Shown in pieces: positions 1 to 8,856 of a stretch of 64,000 nt of DNA. The DNA comes from an uncultured Actinomycetota bacterium (GTDB lineage Bacteria; Actinomycetota; Actinomycetes; JAFAQI01), in the NCBI GenBank assembly GCA_963770565.1, contig CAVYQE010000002.1:672001-736000 (forward strand), in the 5' to 3' direction. Below the pieces are notes generated by a model. The model saw nothing but the letters and a program-made list of their open reading frames with translations, was not told the DNA's origin and ran no database searches. The translations under genes were made by a program, and so were the position numbers. The stretch's first letter is position 1. Each line of letters starts with the position of its first letter.

Positions 1-550
1 CCAGCGGCTGCCGCTTCGCCGGGTCGGCCAGGTTGCCGCCGTACTCCGCGGCGAGCGCGAGCGCATCGGCCTCGGATAGACCTTCGGACTCGGCGATTCC
101 CGTACCGGGCAGGTAGACGCTGCCCTCGCTGACGTAGGCGGCTCCACTCTCAACGAGGGCCGCCGCGAGCGCCACCACCTGGCTGATGTGGTGACGAGCG
201 CGAGGCTCGTGATGCGGCCGGGAGACCCGCAGCGCTGCCATGTCAGCATCGAAGTGGTACTGCTGCAGGTAGGCGAAGGTGTCGTTCGGGGTGCCCGCAC
301 GGTCGGCCGCAGCGCTGAGCACGTCGTCGATGTCGGTGACGTTCCGGCAGACGATCGGGGTGGTGCGACTGTCGGCGAGCACGGCCGTGAGGACGTCGAC
401 CCAGACGTACGTCGCGGCGTGACCCAGATGCGTGACGTCGTAGGGGGTGATCCCGCAGACGTAGAGGCGCGCCCGGTCGATCATGGGCAGCGGCGATCCG
501 GCGATCGACATCGGTTCTGGCGGGGCGGCGGTCGGGTAGACGATCTGCAC
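1..550 (-). CDS. Cysteinyl-tRNA synthetase-like / MshC-like ligase (partial, runs off window)
   Basis: Manual translation from GTG at 550: ...ARLYVCGITPYDVTHLGHAATYVWVD...CRNVTDIDD (CGITPY and HLGH motifs of MshC/CysRS); absent from ORF track because it is truncated. Confidence 0.8.
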   Translation of the reverse strand, partial: MQIVYPTAAPPEPMSIAGSPLPMIDRARLYVCGITPYDVTHLGHAATYVWVDVLTAVLADSRTTPIVCRNVTDIDDVLSAAADRAGTPNDTFAYLQQYHFDADMAALRVSRPHHEPRARHHISQVVALAAALVESGAAYVSEGSVYLPGTGIAESEGLSEADALALAAEYGGNLADPAKRQPL

Positions 551-579
551 GCCCCCATGATCCTCCGCGCCGCGGCGGC

Positions 580-1035
580 TCATCGACCGGTCGACGTACT
601 TGGTACGGCAGTGAGGAGGAACTCGCGCTGCTCATCGTGCATCAGTGGCGGGAGCTCGCGGAACCAGCCGTAGGCCCGGGCCGCGTCATCCAGCTCGATC
701 GTCCCGGTCCATTCGGTGACCTTGAAAGCGATGCCCACCGGGCTGTCCAGGTTGTTGTTGTAGTGGCTGGGGTACTCGATGTACCCGAGGAGCTCGGCGC
801 GATCCACCGATATCCCGAGTTCCCCCCTCGCGACCCGGGCGACCGCGTCGGTCAGCGGCTCTCCGAATCGGACCGTGCCGCCCGGCAGGTGCCACAAGCC
901 TCGGCAGGGCTCGGCATCGCGTCTGGTGAGGAGAACCCCGCGCTCGGAGACCAGCACGACTTCCACAGTCAGCCGGGGAACCTTGCGGTAAATCGTCCAG
1001 AACTCCCGCTCGGACAGCGGGTGGTCCACGTCCAT
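580..1035 (-). CDS. NUDIX hydrolase, GDP-mannose mannosyl hydrolase-like
   Basis: WHLPGGTVRFGE...RVARGELG degenerate Nudix box; start trimmed to ATG of MDVDHPLS. Confidence 0.75.
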   Translation of the reverse strand: MDVDHPLSEREFWTIYRKVPRLTVEVVLVSERGVLLTRRDAEPCRGLWHLPGGTVRFGEPLTDAVARVARGELGISVDRAELLGYIEYPSHYNNNLDSPVGIAFKVTEWTGTIELDDAARAYGWFRELPPLMHDEQREFLLTAVPSTSTGR

Positions 1036-1086
1036 CTCATCAGTCAACGCTCGTTCGCCCCTCGCGTAATAGGGTCTTAGGTCTCT

Positions 1087-1102
1087 ATACCCACAGGGGT
1101 AT
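1087..1102. promoter_or_regulatory. CsoR/CstR-type operator 1 (upstream of sqr)
   Basis: ATACCCACAGGGGTAT palindrome; recurs at 5168, 7180, 8857. Confidence 0.75.
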
Positions 1103-1175
1103 CCCTGGTAGACCGGGGGCATCGTGAGGAAAGCCTGCCCGTTGGACGGTTGGCTCGTCCGCCAAGGAGCACCTG

Positions 1176-2636
1176 ATGGCTCGTGTCGTTGTCCTCGGCG
1201 CTGGGATCTCCGGCCACACCGCCGCACTCCACCTTCGCCGGCTCCTCGCTCGGCGCCACGAGGTCGTCGTCGTCTCACCGAATGCCGACTACAACTGGAT
1301 CCCTTCAAACATCTGGGTCGGCGTCGGACGGATGGATGTTGACCAGGTCACCTTCCCGCTTGCGCCCGTGTACCGGAGAAAAGGTATCGACTTTCGGCAA
1401 GCCCGGGCGGTCGAGCTCTGGCCAGAAGGCGACGACTCGAACGCCCAAGGTGCGGTCGAGATCGAGTACACCCTTCCCCATCGGTCCGGCGAGCATGAAC
1501 GACTCGCCTACGACTTCCTGATCAACGCGACCGGCCCCAAGCTGAACTTTGCGGCGACGCCGGGCCTCGGCCCGGAAGGAGGACACTCCCTGTCCGTTTG
1601 TACGGCACAGCATGCATCGGCCACCGCGGCCAAGTTCGCCGAGGTCATCGCGGCGCTTGAACGCGGCGAGACCCGGCGCCTCGTGATCGGGGTAGGCCAC
1701 GGCACGTGCACGTGCGAGGGCGCCGCTTTCGAGTACGCCTTCAACGTCGAGCACGAGCTACGGTCCCGCGGCCTCCGCGAGCGCGCCGAGGTGACCTACC
1801 TCACCAACGAGCACGAACTCGGTGACTTCGGCGTCGGCGGCATGACGTTCGCGCAGCACGGCTTTCTCACGACCAGTCAACTGTGGACGGAGTCGCTGTT
1901 CATGGAGCGCGACGTCAAGGCGGTCGTCGGCGCACATGTGCAGCGGGTCGAGCCGGGCAAGTTGTTCTACGAAACCCTCGACGGCGAGGAGGGCGCGCTG
2001 GAGTTCGACTTCGCGATGCTGCTGCCGCCCTTCCGCGGCCAGGATCTCAAGGCGTACGACCACAGGGGCGCCGACATCACGAGCGAGATGTTTGCCCCGA
2101 ACGGTTTCCTGAAAGTCGACGCTGACTACAGCCCAAAGCCGTACAACGAGTGGAAGGCGGCAGACTGGCCGAGGACGTACGTGACTCCGAAGTACCCGAA
2201 CGTGTTCGGTGTGGGGATCGCATTTGCCCCACCGCACCCGATTTCGAAGCCACGAACCTCACCCGGCGGCACCGTGATCTCGCCGGCTCCGCCCCGCACC
2301 GGAATGCCGTCAGGGCTGATGGGACGTCAGGTGGCACGCAGCATCGCGGACATGATCAACACCGGCGCGACGACGCCCACCCACACTGCGTCGATGGCGG
2401 ACATGGGTGCGGCCTGTGTGGCATCGGCCGGCGCTGGCTTTCGCAAGGGCACGGCGGCCTCCATGACGATGTACCCAGTCGTCCCGGACACCGACCGGTT
2501 CCCCGGCTACGGCCGCAGCCTCACCGATACGACCGGCGAGCTCGGACTAGCCGGGCACTGGATCAAGCACATGCTGCACGTGATGTTCATCTACAAGGCC
2601 AAGGGCCGTCCAGGCTGGTCCCTGATCCCGGAGTGA
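1176..2636 (+). CDS. sqr: Sulfide:quinone oxidoreductase-like flavoprotein
   Basis: VVVLGAGISG FAD motif, WIPSNIWVGVG, CTCEGAAFE, PPRTG, CVAS; RBS AAGGAG; sulfur-gene context. Confidence 0.8.
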   Translation: MARVVVLGAGISGHTAALHLRRLLARRHEVVVVSPNADYNWIPSNIWVGVGRMDVDQVTFPLAPVYRRKGIDFRQARAVELWPEGDDSNAQGAVEIEYTLPHRSGEHERLAYDFLINATGPKLNFAATPGLGPEGGHSLSVCTAQHASATAAKFAEVIAALERGETRRLVIGVGHGTCTCEGAAFEYAFNVEHELRSRGLRERAEVTYLTNEHELGDFGVGGMTFAQHGFLTTSQLWTESLFMERDVKAVVGAHVQRVEPGKLFYETLDGEEGALEFDFAMLLPPFRGQDLKAYDHRGADITSEMFAPNGFLKVDADYSPKPYNEWKAADWPRTYVTPKYPNVFGVGIAFAPPHPISKPRTSPGGTVISPAPPRTGMPSGLMGRQVARSIADMINTGATTPTHTASMADMGAACVASAGAGFRKGTAASMTMYPVVPDTDRFPGYGRSLTDTTGELGLAGHWIKHMLHVMFIYKAKGRPGWSLIPE

Positions 2637-2644
2637 GGAGCCCG

Positions 2645-2863
2645 ATGACCGAGAACAATGCCGCGGCCTCGTCCGCGCAGCCCACAGCGGGCGGGTCCGC
2701 GACGGATCACGTGCGCGCGGTCGGCGAGGTCGCTGACTCCCTGGCGCCGATGCCGACCAGACGGACGATTCGGATCCGAACGTTCCTGCCCTATCAGGCG
2801 TACCGCTTCGGTGTCATCAACCTCAAGATGCTCAAGGTGACCCGTCGCTCCCAGTCAAGGTGA
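2645..2863 (+). CDS. Small basic protein downstream of sqr
   Basis: GAGGAG RBS overlapping sqr stop, ATG 2645, 72 aa ending RTFLPYQAYRFGVINLKMLKVTRRSQSR. Confidence 0.65.
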   Translation: MTENNAAASSAQPTAGGSATDHVRAVGEVADSLAPMPTRRTIRIRTFLPYQAYRFGVINLKMLKVTRRSQSR

Positions 2864-2888
2864 GCCTGGCGACCCCGGGTCTCGACCT

Positions 2889-2935
2889 AATGTTCGGACA
2901 TTTCCTTGACCCGAGCGAGTAAATGTCCGTACATT
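2889..2935 (+). promoter_or_regulatory. Promoter with tandem GntR/HutC-type operators
   Basis: AATGTTCGGACATT (2889-2902) and AATGTCCGTACATT (2922-2935); TTGACC-N18-TACATT ends 6 nt before ATG 2942. Confidence 0.65.
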
Positions 2936-2941
2936 GAGTGA

Positions 2942-3775
2942 ATGAGGCAGGAGTCACACCCACCGGGCCTGGCCCGAATCGACCGAACCGGGTCGGTGTC
3001 GCTGTGGGCGCAGGTCCGCGCTGATCTGGAGCGACGGCTCGCGGTCGATGAGTTCGACGGTGACTTCCCCGGCGAACTGGAGCTGACCGCGCAATACGCG
3101 GTCAGCCGGCACACCATTCGGGAGGCGTTGCGTCACCTGCGCGCGGAAGGCCTCGTCATCAGTGAGCGCGGACGCCGCTCTCGCCTCGCCGACCACGCTG
3201 AAATCGAGCAACCGCTCGGCGCGCTCTACAGCCTGTTCGCCTCGGTCGAGGCCGCCGGTCTGGAGCAGCGCAGCGTCGTCCGCGCCCTTGATCTCCGCGC
3301 CGACGGAGTCATCGCGCCGCGACTCGACGTCGAGGAGTCCACCCCACTGCTCTATCTGGAACGGCTCCGTCTGGCCGGCGAGAAGCCGTTCGCGATGGAC
3401 CGCGTCTGGCTCCCCGCGTCAGTCGCCGAACCGCTGCTCGACGCGGACTTCACCCACACTGCCCTGTACGACGAACTCGCCGCGCGCTGCGGATTCCGCC
3501 TGACCGGCGGCCGGGAACACATCCGCGCGGTCCTTCCGACCACGGCCGAACGCAGACTGCTCGAACTCGACGACACCACCGCACTGTTCGCGATCGAACG
3601 CCTTGGTGAACGGGCCGGCCAGCCAATGGAGTGGCGCCACACCCTGGTCCGTGGCGACCGATTCGCCCTCACTGCCGACTTCACCGCCCACACCGGCTAC
3701 CGGCTCGAGCTGTCCGGCCCCGAACGACAGGCTTCCAACCTCGCGACCGCATCGCAAGGACACGCCCATGGCTGA
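2942..3775 (+). CDS. GntR family regulator (HutC/UTRA)
   Basis: FPGELELTAQYAVSRHTIREAL wHTH plus UTRA-like C-terminus. Confidence 0.9.
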   Translation: MRQESHPPGLARIDRTGSVSLWAQVRADLERRLAVDEFDGDFPGELELTAQYAVSRHTIREALRHLRAEGLVISERGRRSRLADHAEIEQPLGALYSLFASVEAAGLEQRSVVRALDLRADGVIAPRLDVEESTPLLYLERLRLAGEKPFAMDRVWLPASVAEPLLDADFTHTALYDELAARCGFRLTGGREHIRAVLPTTAERRLLELDDTTALFAIERLGERAGQPMEWRHTLVRGDRFALTADFTAHTGYRLELSGPERQASNLATASQGHAHG

Positions 3776-4121
3776 CCCCTTCGATCCGCAGACTCGGGTC
3801 GACGAAGTCAGCCCGGCCGCAGCGCGGGACCTCGCCGATGCCGGTGCCGTGCTCGTCGATGTCCGTGAGCCGGACGAATGGGCCGCGGGCCACATCGCCG
3901 ACGCACAGCACATCCCGCTCGGCGACCTCGACCCTGACCTGTTCGTCGGCGGCCCGCTCGTAGTCGCTGTGTGCCGCTCGGGGCACCGCTCCGGCACCGC
4001 GGCGCTGCGATTGCACGACGCGGGAGTCGACGTCCGCAACATGACGGGCGGAATGAAGGCCTGGCAGGCCGACGGCCTGCCCGTCACCCGCGACGACGGC
4101 ACCACCGGCTCAGTCGCGTGA
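3768..4121 (+). CDS. Single-domain rhodanese (sulfurtransferase)
   Basis: DVREPDEW..GHI, active-site CRSGHRS, GGMKAW. Confidence 0.9.
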   Translation: MADPFDPQTRVDEVSPAAARDLADAGAVLVDVREPDEWAAGHIADAQHIPLGDLDPDLFVGGPLVVAVCRSGHRSGTAALRLHDAGVDVRNMTGGMKAWQADGLPVTRDDGTTGSVA

Positions 4122-5041
4122 CGCTCGCCTTGGCACTTCTCCTCGGTGCCGTCATCGGGCTCAGCCTGGGGGCCCTTGGTGGTGGCGGTTCGATCCTCAC
4201 CGTCCCGGCGCTCGTGTATGCGCTCGGCGAGAAGGCGTCGGCAGCCACGACCGGCAGCCTGATCATTGTCGGGATCACCGCGCTCGTTGGTTCCTTCGGC
4301 CACGCACGAGCGGGCCGGGTGCGCTGGCGCGCCGGGTTCGGTTTCGGTCTCGCCGGGGTCGCCTCGAGCTCCCTCGGGACAGCGCTCAACCGTCATATCA
4401 ACCCGGATGTGCTGCTGCTCGCCTTCGCCGGCCTGGTGGTGATCGCAGCGTCAGGTATGTGGCGTCATGCCGGGGCTGCCATCGCGGTATCTGGTGATCA
4501 GCTCGAGCTTCGCGTCGCCGAGCCTGCTTTGGCGGTGGACGGCTCAAACGCTTCGAGGAGCGCAGCGGTCGAACTACCCGGCGACCGAGGCATCCGTCCC
4601 ACACCGGCCAGCCAGCCGGAGGGATCGATCGACTTCCCCGGTGGCTCAACCACCCACGATTCCCTGAGAACCGTCCTCAAGGTGGTCGCCGCCGGTCTTA
4701 TCGTCGGCTTTCTCACCGGGTTCTTCGGTGTTGGCGGCGGCTTCGTCATCGTGCCCGCCCTGGCCCTCGTACTCGCCTACCCGATGCCTGAGGCGATCGG
4801 AACGTCCCTGCTGATCATCGCCATCAACTCAGCAGCCGCCCTCGGCGAACGAGCCGGCCAACATCAGACAGTTCATTGGCACGTGATCGCGCCGTTTACG
4901 GTCGCGGCTGTTGCCGCCAGCCTCGCCGGCAAGCAGGTCGCCGACCGAGTCGACGGACCAAGGCTGACGCGCGCCTTCGTCATTCTTCTGATCGCGGTCG
5001 CGATCTACACCGCGGTCCGCAGCATCGTCGGCCTCAGCTGA
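4118..5041 (+). CDS. Sulfite exporter TauE/SafE family
   Basis: LGGGGSILTVP and FFGVGGGFVIVP repeats, AIGTSL; GTGA overlap with rhodanese stop. Confidence 0.9.
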   Translation: MTLALALLLGAVIGLSLGALGGGGSILTVPALVYALGEKASAATTGSLIIVGITALVGSFGHARAGRVRWRAGFGFGLAGVASSSLGTALNRHINPDVLLLAFAGLVVIAASGMWRHAGAAIAVSGDQLELRVAEPALAVDGSNASRSAAVELPGDRGIRPTPASQPEGSIDFPGGSTTHDSLRTVLKVVAAGLIVGFLTGFFGVGGGFVIVPALALVLAYPMPEAIGTSLLIIAINSAAALGERAGQHQTVHWHVIAPFTVAAVAASLAGKQVADRVDGPRLTRAFVILLIAVAIYTAVRSIVGLS

Positions 5042-5084
5042 GCAGACGGGAGACACCTGCTGTCACACGACACGACGGGCAAGG

Positions 5085-5130
5085 GTGGAGACTTCAACTG
5101 GGCACTAGCGGGGACTTCCAACTGGCCATA
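5085..5130. mobile_element. Degenerate IS21-like terminal repeat remnant
   Basis: Two 23-nt units GTGGAGACTTCAACTGGGCACTA / GCGGGGACTTCCAACTGGCCATA. Confidence 0.5.
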
Positions 5131-5166
5131 GTTGGGAATAGACGCCGGGCGAGTGCCGTTGAATCC

Positions 5167-5184
5167 TATACCCCTAGGGGTATA
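5167..5184. promoter_or_regulatory. CsoR/CstR-type operator 2
   Basis: Perfect 18-bp palindrome TATACCCCTAGGGGTATA just before RBS GGAGGAG. Confidence 0.8.
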
Positions 5185-5200
5185 CTGGAGGAGAAACGCC

Positions 5201-5410
5201 ATGGAACTCGTACGCTTTATGCAGACTTCGATAGGAAGAAGCCTTCGGGCCGTGCTCGGGGTGGTCCTGATCGCCGTCGGTGTCGTCCTTGGTGGTGCCT
5301 GGCTAGCGCTGGCTGGTATCGGTCTCGTTCCCCTTATCGTCGGATCGGCGGGTCTTTGCCTCATCGCCCCTCTACTCCACGCTCCGATCCGTGGAGCTCA
5401 GAGATCATGA
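5201..5410 (+). CDS. DUF2892/YgaP-type small membrane protein
   Basis: 69 aa, GRSLRAVLG..two TM..GLVPL...CLIAPLL; strong RBS. Confidence 0.75.
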   Translation: MELVRFMQTSIGRSLRAVLGVVLIAVGVVLGGAWLALAGIGLVPLIVGSAGLCLIAPLLHAPIRGAQRS

Positions 5411-5465
5411 GTGAGGCGCGCTCCGATTTCGGCAACTCACACATGACAGTTGACGGGACACGAGC

Positions 5466-6071
5466 GTGACCACGCTGGACCGGCAAGGGTGGGATGAGCG
5501 GTACCGGGACACCGAGCTGGTGTGGGGCTCTGGCCCCAACCGATTTCTCGTGGACCATGTGACGAACCTGACGCCAGGGACTGCGCTGGACGTGGCGTGC
5601 GGTGAGGGTCGCAACGCCATCTGGCTTGCGCATCAGGGATGGCGGGTGGTCGGGGTCGACTTCTCGTCCGTTGGTCTTGACAAGGCGCGAGGGCTGGCAG
5701 CGGAGACTGGTGTCACGGCGGAGTGGGTGCAGGGTGACCTCACCACATGGGAGCCACCGAAAAGCTATGACCTCGTCGTTGTCATGTACCTGCATTTGCC
5801 AGGCGCTGTGCGTCACAGTGTCTTTGCGCGGATGGCAAAGTCGGTGGCACCGGGCGGGACCATGCTCGTGGTAGGTCATGACATGTTGAACCTCACCGAG
5901 GGAACCGGCGGTCCACAGAATGCTGCCGTTCTCTACGGGCCTGAGGACGTTGTCGGCGATATCGGCTCGGTACTTGCGATCGAGAGAGCGGAGCGTGTTC
6001 ACCGGCCGGTCTCCGGTTCGGAGGGCGAGGCGATGGCCATCGACGTCCTGGTTCGCGCTCACCGATCCTGA
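5466..6071 (+). CDS. Class I SAM-dependent methyltransferase (TehB/TPMT-like)
   Basis: WDERY..WGSGPN, ALDVACGEGRNAIWLA. Confidence 0.85.
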   Translation: MTTLDRQGWDERYRDTELVWGSGPNRFLVDHVTNLTPGTALDVACGEGRNAIWLAHQGWRVVGVDFSSVGLDKARGLAAETGVTAEWVQGDLTTWEPPKSYDLVVVMYLHLPGAVRHSVFARMAKSVAPGGTMLVVGHDMLNLTEGTGGPQNAAVLYGPEDVVGDIGSVLAIERAERVHRPVSGSEGEAMAIDVLVRAHRS

Positions 6072-6084
6072 ACCTTTACAGGCC

Positions 6085-6798
6085 TTAGGCGGTGGCAGAT
6101 GGCGCACGGAGCCACCGCAACCATTCGGTGTCGCCCATTAGGTCCAGCCGGCGCCAGAGCACGGGGTTATCCGTAGCCTGGCTTGCGTGGAGGGCGATGG
6201 CGCGATGCTGAATAGAACGGTCGACATGAAGCACGATGTCGACCTCGTCCTCGCTGCAGCCGGCAAAGCAGGTGCCGAAGGCGGCGTTGAGGGAATCGGC
6301 CACCGAGTCCGGGATCGACCAAGCAATCACAGGCAGATCAAGTAACTCGGCCGCACGCAAGGCTGCTTCTGTCGCCCGTTGATGGTCGCGGTGTCCCGTG
6401 ATCCCACCGAGATCGAAGACAAGTAGCCCATGAGCACCAACCGCGTTGACATATCCAACGACATCGTCGACCAGGATGTCGAGTTCGATGGAGTCGAGAC
6501 TTCCATCAGCGTGGTCCAGCAGCCGCACATCGCTGACCGTGAGTGCATCGGCGGCGGCGGCAAGCTCGGCGACCCGGACGACACGAAGGTCACCTGACGT
6601 CCCGTGCAGGGCTGACGCCTCGCCGTGAGTGAAACTGAGCACGGCGGTCGATGTGCCGGCGGCCGTCAAACTAGCGATGACAGCGCCCAAGCCGAAGGAC
6701 TCGTCGTCGGGGTGGGCGCACACAGCAACTACGGACGGCAGCCCCACAGCATCCAGCGTCATATCGCAATCTGACGCGCTGGGACGCCGCGCGGTCAT
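6085..6798 (-). CDS. PIG-L/LmbE family deacetylase
   Basis: AHPDDESFG and GHRDH metal motifs, HASQ. Confidence 0.9.
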   Translation of the reverse strand: MTARRPSASDCDMTLDAVGLPSVVAVCAHPDDESFGLGAVIASLTAAGTSTAVLSFTHGEASALHGTSGDLRVVRVAELAAAADALTVSDVRLLDHADGSLDSIELDILVDDVVGYVNAVGAHGLLVFDLGGITGHRDHQRATEAALRAAELLDLPVIAWSIPDSVADSLNAAFGTCFAGCSEDEVDIVLHVDRSIQHRAIALHASQATDNPVLWRRLDLMGDTEWLRWLRAPSATA

Positions 6799-7163
6799 GA
6801 CACGACGTTGGACTTGGCGACGAGGCGGTGGATCTCGTCCATGTCGAGGTCACGCACCTTCCCAATGAGCTCGTCCAGTGCAGCAGCCGGCAGTGCTCCG
6901 GGCTCCCTGTAGACGATCACCTCGTCGCGCAAGATCATGAGGGTCGGGATCGACATGATGCCGAACCCAGAGGCCATCTCTTGCTCGCCCTCAATGTCCA
7001 CTTTGGCGAACAAGAGATCCGAGTGAGTTTCAGAGGCCTTCTCGAACACGGGGGCGAATGCCCTGCAGGGTCCGCACCACGACGCCCAGAAGTCCACCAG
7101 CACGATCTCATTGCTGGTCACCACCGTGTCGAAATCCCCTTTGGTAACAGTCACCGTGGCCAC
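6795..7163 (-). CDS. trxA: Thioredoxin
   Basis: DFWASWCGPC, IMSIPTL. Confidence 0.92.
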   Translation of the reverse strand: MATVTVTKGDFDTVVTSNEIVLVDFWASWCGPCRAFAPVFEKASETHSDLLFAKVDIEGEQEMASGFGIMSIPTLMILRDEVIVYREPGALPAAALDELIGKVRDLDMDEIHRLVAKSNVVS

Positions 7164-7179
7164 TGGCGCCCTTCCCTGG

Positions 7180-7195
7180 GTACCCCCTGGGGTAT
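7180..7195. promoter_or_regulatory. CsoR/CstR-type operator 3 (upstream of trxA)
   Basis: GTACCCCCTGGGGTAT; shorter variant ATACCCGGGGTAT at 7247-7259. Confidence 0.7.
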
Positions 7196-7319
7196 AGTCT
7201 ACAAGGACGGCCCGCCTGGTGTCATTCCCCCTCGCACCACAATGAGATACCCGGGGTATGACCGGGGTGGGGTCGCGTTGGACCGGTCGCTCGGTGGCGC
7301 TGATGGCGTCGTCTTGCTG

Positions 7320-7949
7320 CTATTGCGACGGACTAGCCGGATTCGCGGCCACGCCGAGGGTGAACCAGCTCCACGGTTTCGGTCCGTTGGCGTAGCGCCG
7401 CTCGATCCGCTCGATCACAAAGCCGGCATCGCCGACGAGAGCCGGAGCATCACGTGTGAGGTGGCAACCATCTCCCAGTCGGCGCTGCCACGGGTCGAGA
7501 CGGTATTGCCACCGGGCCACCGAGGCGTCGGGAGAGAGTCCGTGTTCGAGGAAATGGAAGCGGCCTCCCGGCCGGAGCACCCGGCGGAGTTCGGACAGAA
7601 CCTTGGTGGGGTCGGCGACGGTGCAGAGCGTGAACGTAGAGAGCGCTGCGTCGCAGCTGGCGTCGTCAAGGGGGATCGCCTGGCCGTCGAGACCGATGTG
7701 CTCGACGGGTGTCCTGCCGGCCATGACCCGCTTCGTAGCCAATCTTCGTGCGAGCGCGGCCGGTTCGACTGCTAACACCTTCTCCACTTCTGGTGGATAG
7801 TGCTCGACGTTGAGACCGGAACCGAATCCGATCTCGACGACCCGGCCAGCGAGTCCCTCCGTCACCTCGGCGCGCCAGCCTCGCAGAGCGCCCGTGCTAC
7901 ATGCCCGGTCTACCAGGCGGGGAAGGACCTGCTCGCGGTAGAAGCTCAC
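7320..7949 (-). CDS. Class I SAM methyltransferase, METTL7/MddH-like
   Basis: SFYREQVLPRLVDRAC, VEIGFGSGLN, FTLCTV, LEHG, GCHLTR; start trimmed to GTG 7949. Confidence 0.8.
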   Translation of the reverse strand: MSFYREQVLPRLVDRACSTGALRGWRAEVTEGLAGRVVEIGFGSGLNVEHYPPEVEKVLAVEPAALARRLATKRVMAGRTPVEHIGLDGQAIPLDDASCDAALSTFTLCTVADPTKVLSELRRVLRPGGRFHFLEHGLSPDASVARWQYRLDPWQRRLGDGCHLTRDAPALVGDAGFVIERIERRYANGPKPWSWFTLGVAANPASPSQ

Positions 7950-8068
7950 GGTCGCGACGCTACCGGTGCCGCCGGAGGACAACACCGCTGTGAGTGTCCG
8001 TGATCGAGGCGGGCGTCGTTTGGAGACTCCCTTGCGGTTGGCGTAGCGCGGATCTGCGCAACAAACCG

Positions 8069-8791
8069 TCAAGCGACGCGGATTGCCGCCTCGATCTCGA
8101 CTCGGGCCAGCTCCTTGGTGCAGAAGAACCAGTCCTCGCACTCGATGCCGTCGATCCCGTCGTCCATGCGCTCCTTGGCGGTGCCGCATGATCCGGCGGT
8201 GGGGACGATGACCCGCTCGCCGGGCTGCCAGTCGGCGGGGGTGGCGACTGAGAAATGGTCGGCGGTCTGCAGCGCCTTGACCACCCGCAACAGTTCGGGG
8301 AAATTGCGCCCGATGCTGAGCGGGTAGTAGATGATCGTCCGGATCACGCCCTCGGGGTCGATGACAAACACCGCGCGTACCGCCTTGGTGGAGTCCTCGC
8401 CGGGCATGATCATCCCGTACTTGCGGGCCACCTCCATCGTGATGTCCTCGATGAGGGGGAAGGTGACCTCGACGTTCTTCATGTCGCGGTAGGTGATCTT
8501 GTCCTTGATGGTGCGCAGCCAGGCGATGTGGCTGTAGAGGCCGTCGACCGACAAGCCCACGAGGTCGGTGTTGTAGGCCGCGAACTGCTCTTGCATCGAC
8601 GCGAAGGTCATGAACTCGCTGGTACAGACCGGCGTGAAGTCGGCTGGGTGCGAGAACAAGATGACCCACTTGCCGACGTAGTCGGACGGGAAGTTGATCT
8701 CCCCTTGTGTCGTCACGGCGGTAAAGGATGGCGCCGGGTCGCCGATGCGCGGCATCGTCGGGACAAGGGCAGGCGTCTCAATACTGGTCAC
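8069..8791 (-). CDS. Peroxiredoxin (Prx6 / archaeal-type)
   Basis: FSHPADFTPVCTSEF, TPADW, C-terminal CEDWFFC. Confidence 0.92.
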   Translation of the reverse strand: MTSIETPALVPTMPRIGDPAPSFTAVTTQGEINFPSDYVGKWVILFSHPADFTPVCTSEFMTFASMQEQFAAYNTDLVGLSVDGLYSHIAWLRTIKDKITYRDMKNVEVTFPLIEDITMEVARKYGMIMPGEDSTKAVRAVFVIDPEGVIRTIIYYPLSIGRNFPELLRVVKALQTADHFSVATPADWQPGERVIVPTAGSCGTAKERMDDGIDGIECEDWFFCTKELARVEIEAAIRVA

Positions 8792-8856
8792 GGTGCGGCT
8801 TCCTCTGTTCAAATCGTCGGTGGCCCCGCAAAAGGGGGATCTACTATGACCAACCA

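Noticed and set aside
572-581. GCGGCGGCTC as possible att repeat of the tRNA-Ser(GCT) 3' end
   Set aside because: Only 9/10 match in very GC-rich DNA; expected by chance, so the island's left boundary remains undefined.
7242-7320. ATG AGA TAC CCG GGG TAT as the start of a csoR gene
   Set aside because: Downstream translation lacks the RL.RIEGQ / Cys-His-Cys pattern and runs antisense into the methyltransferase.
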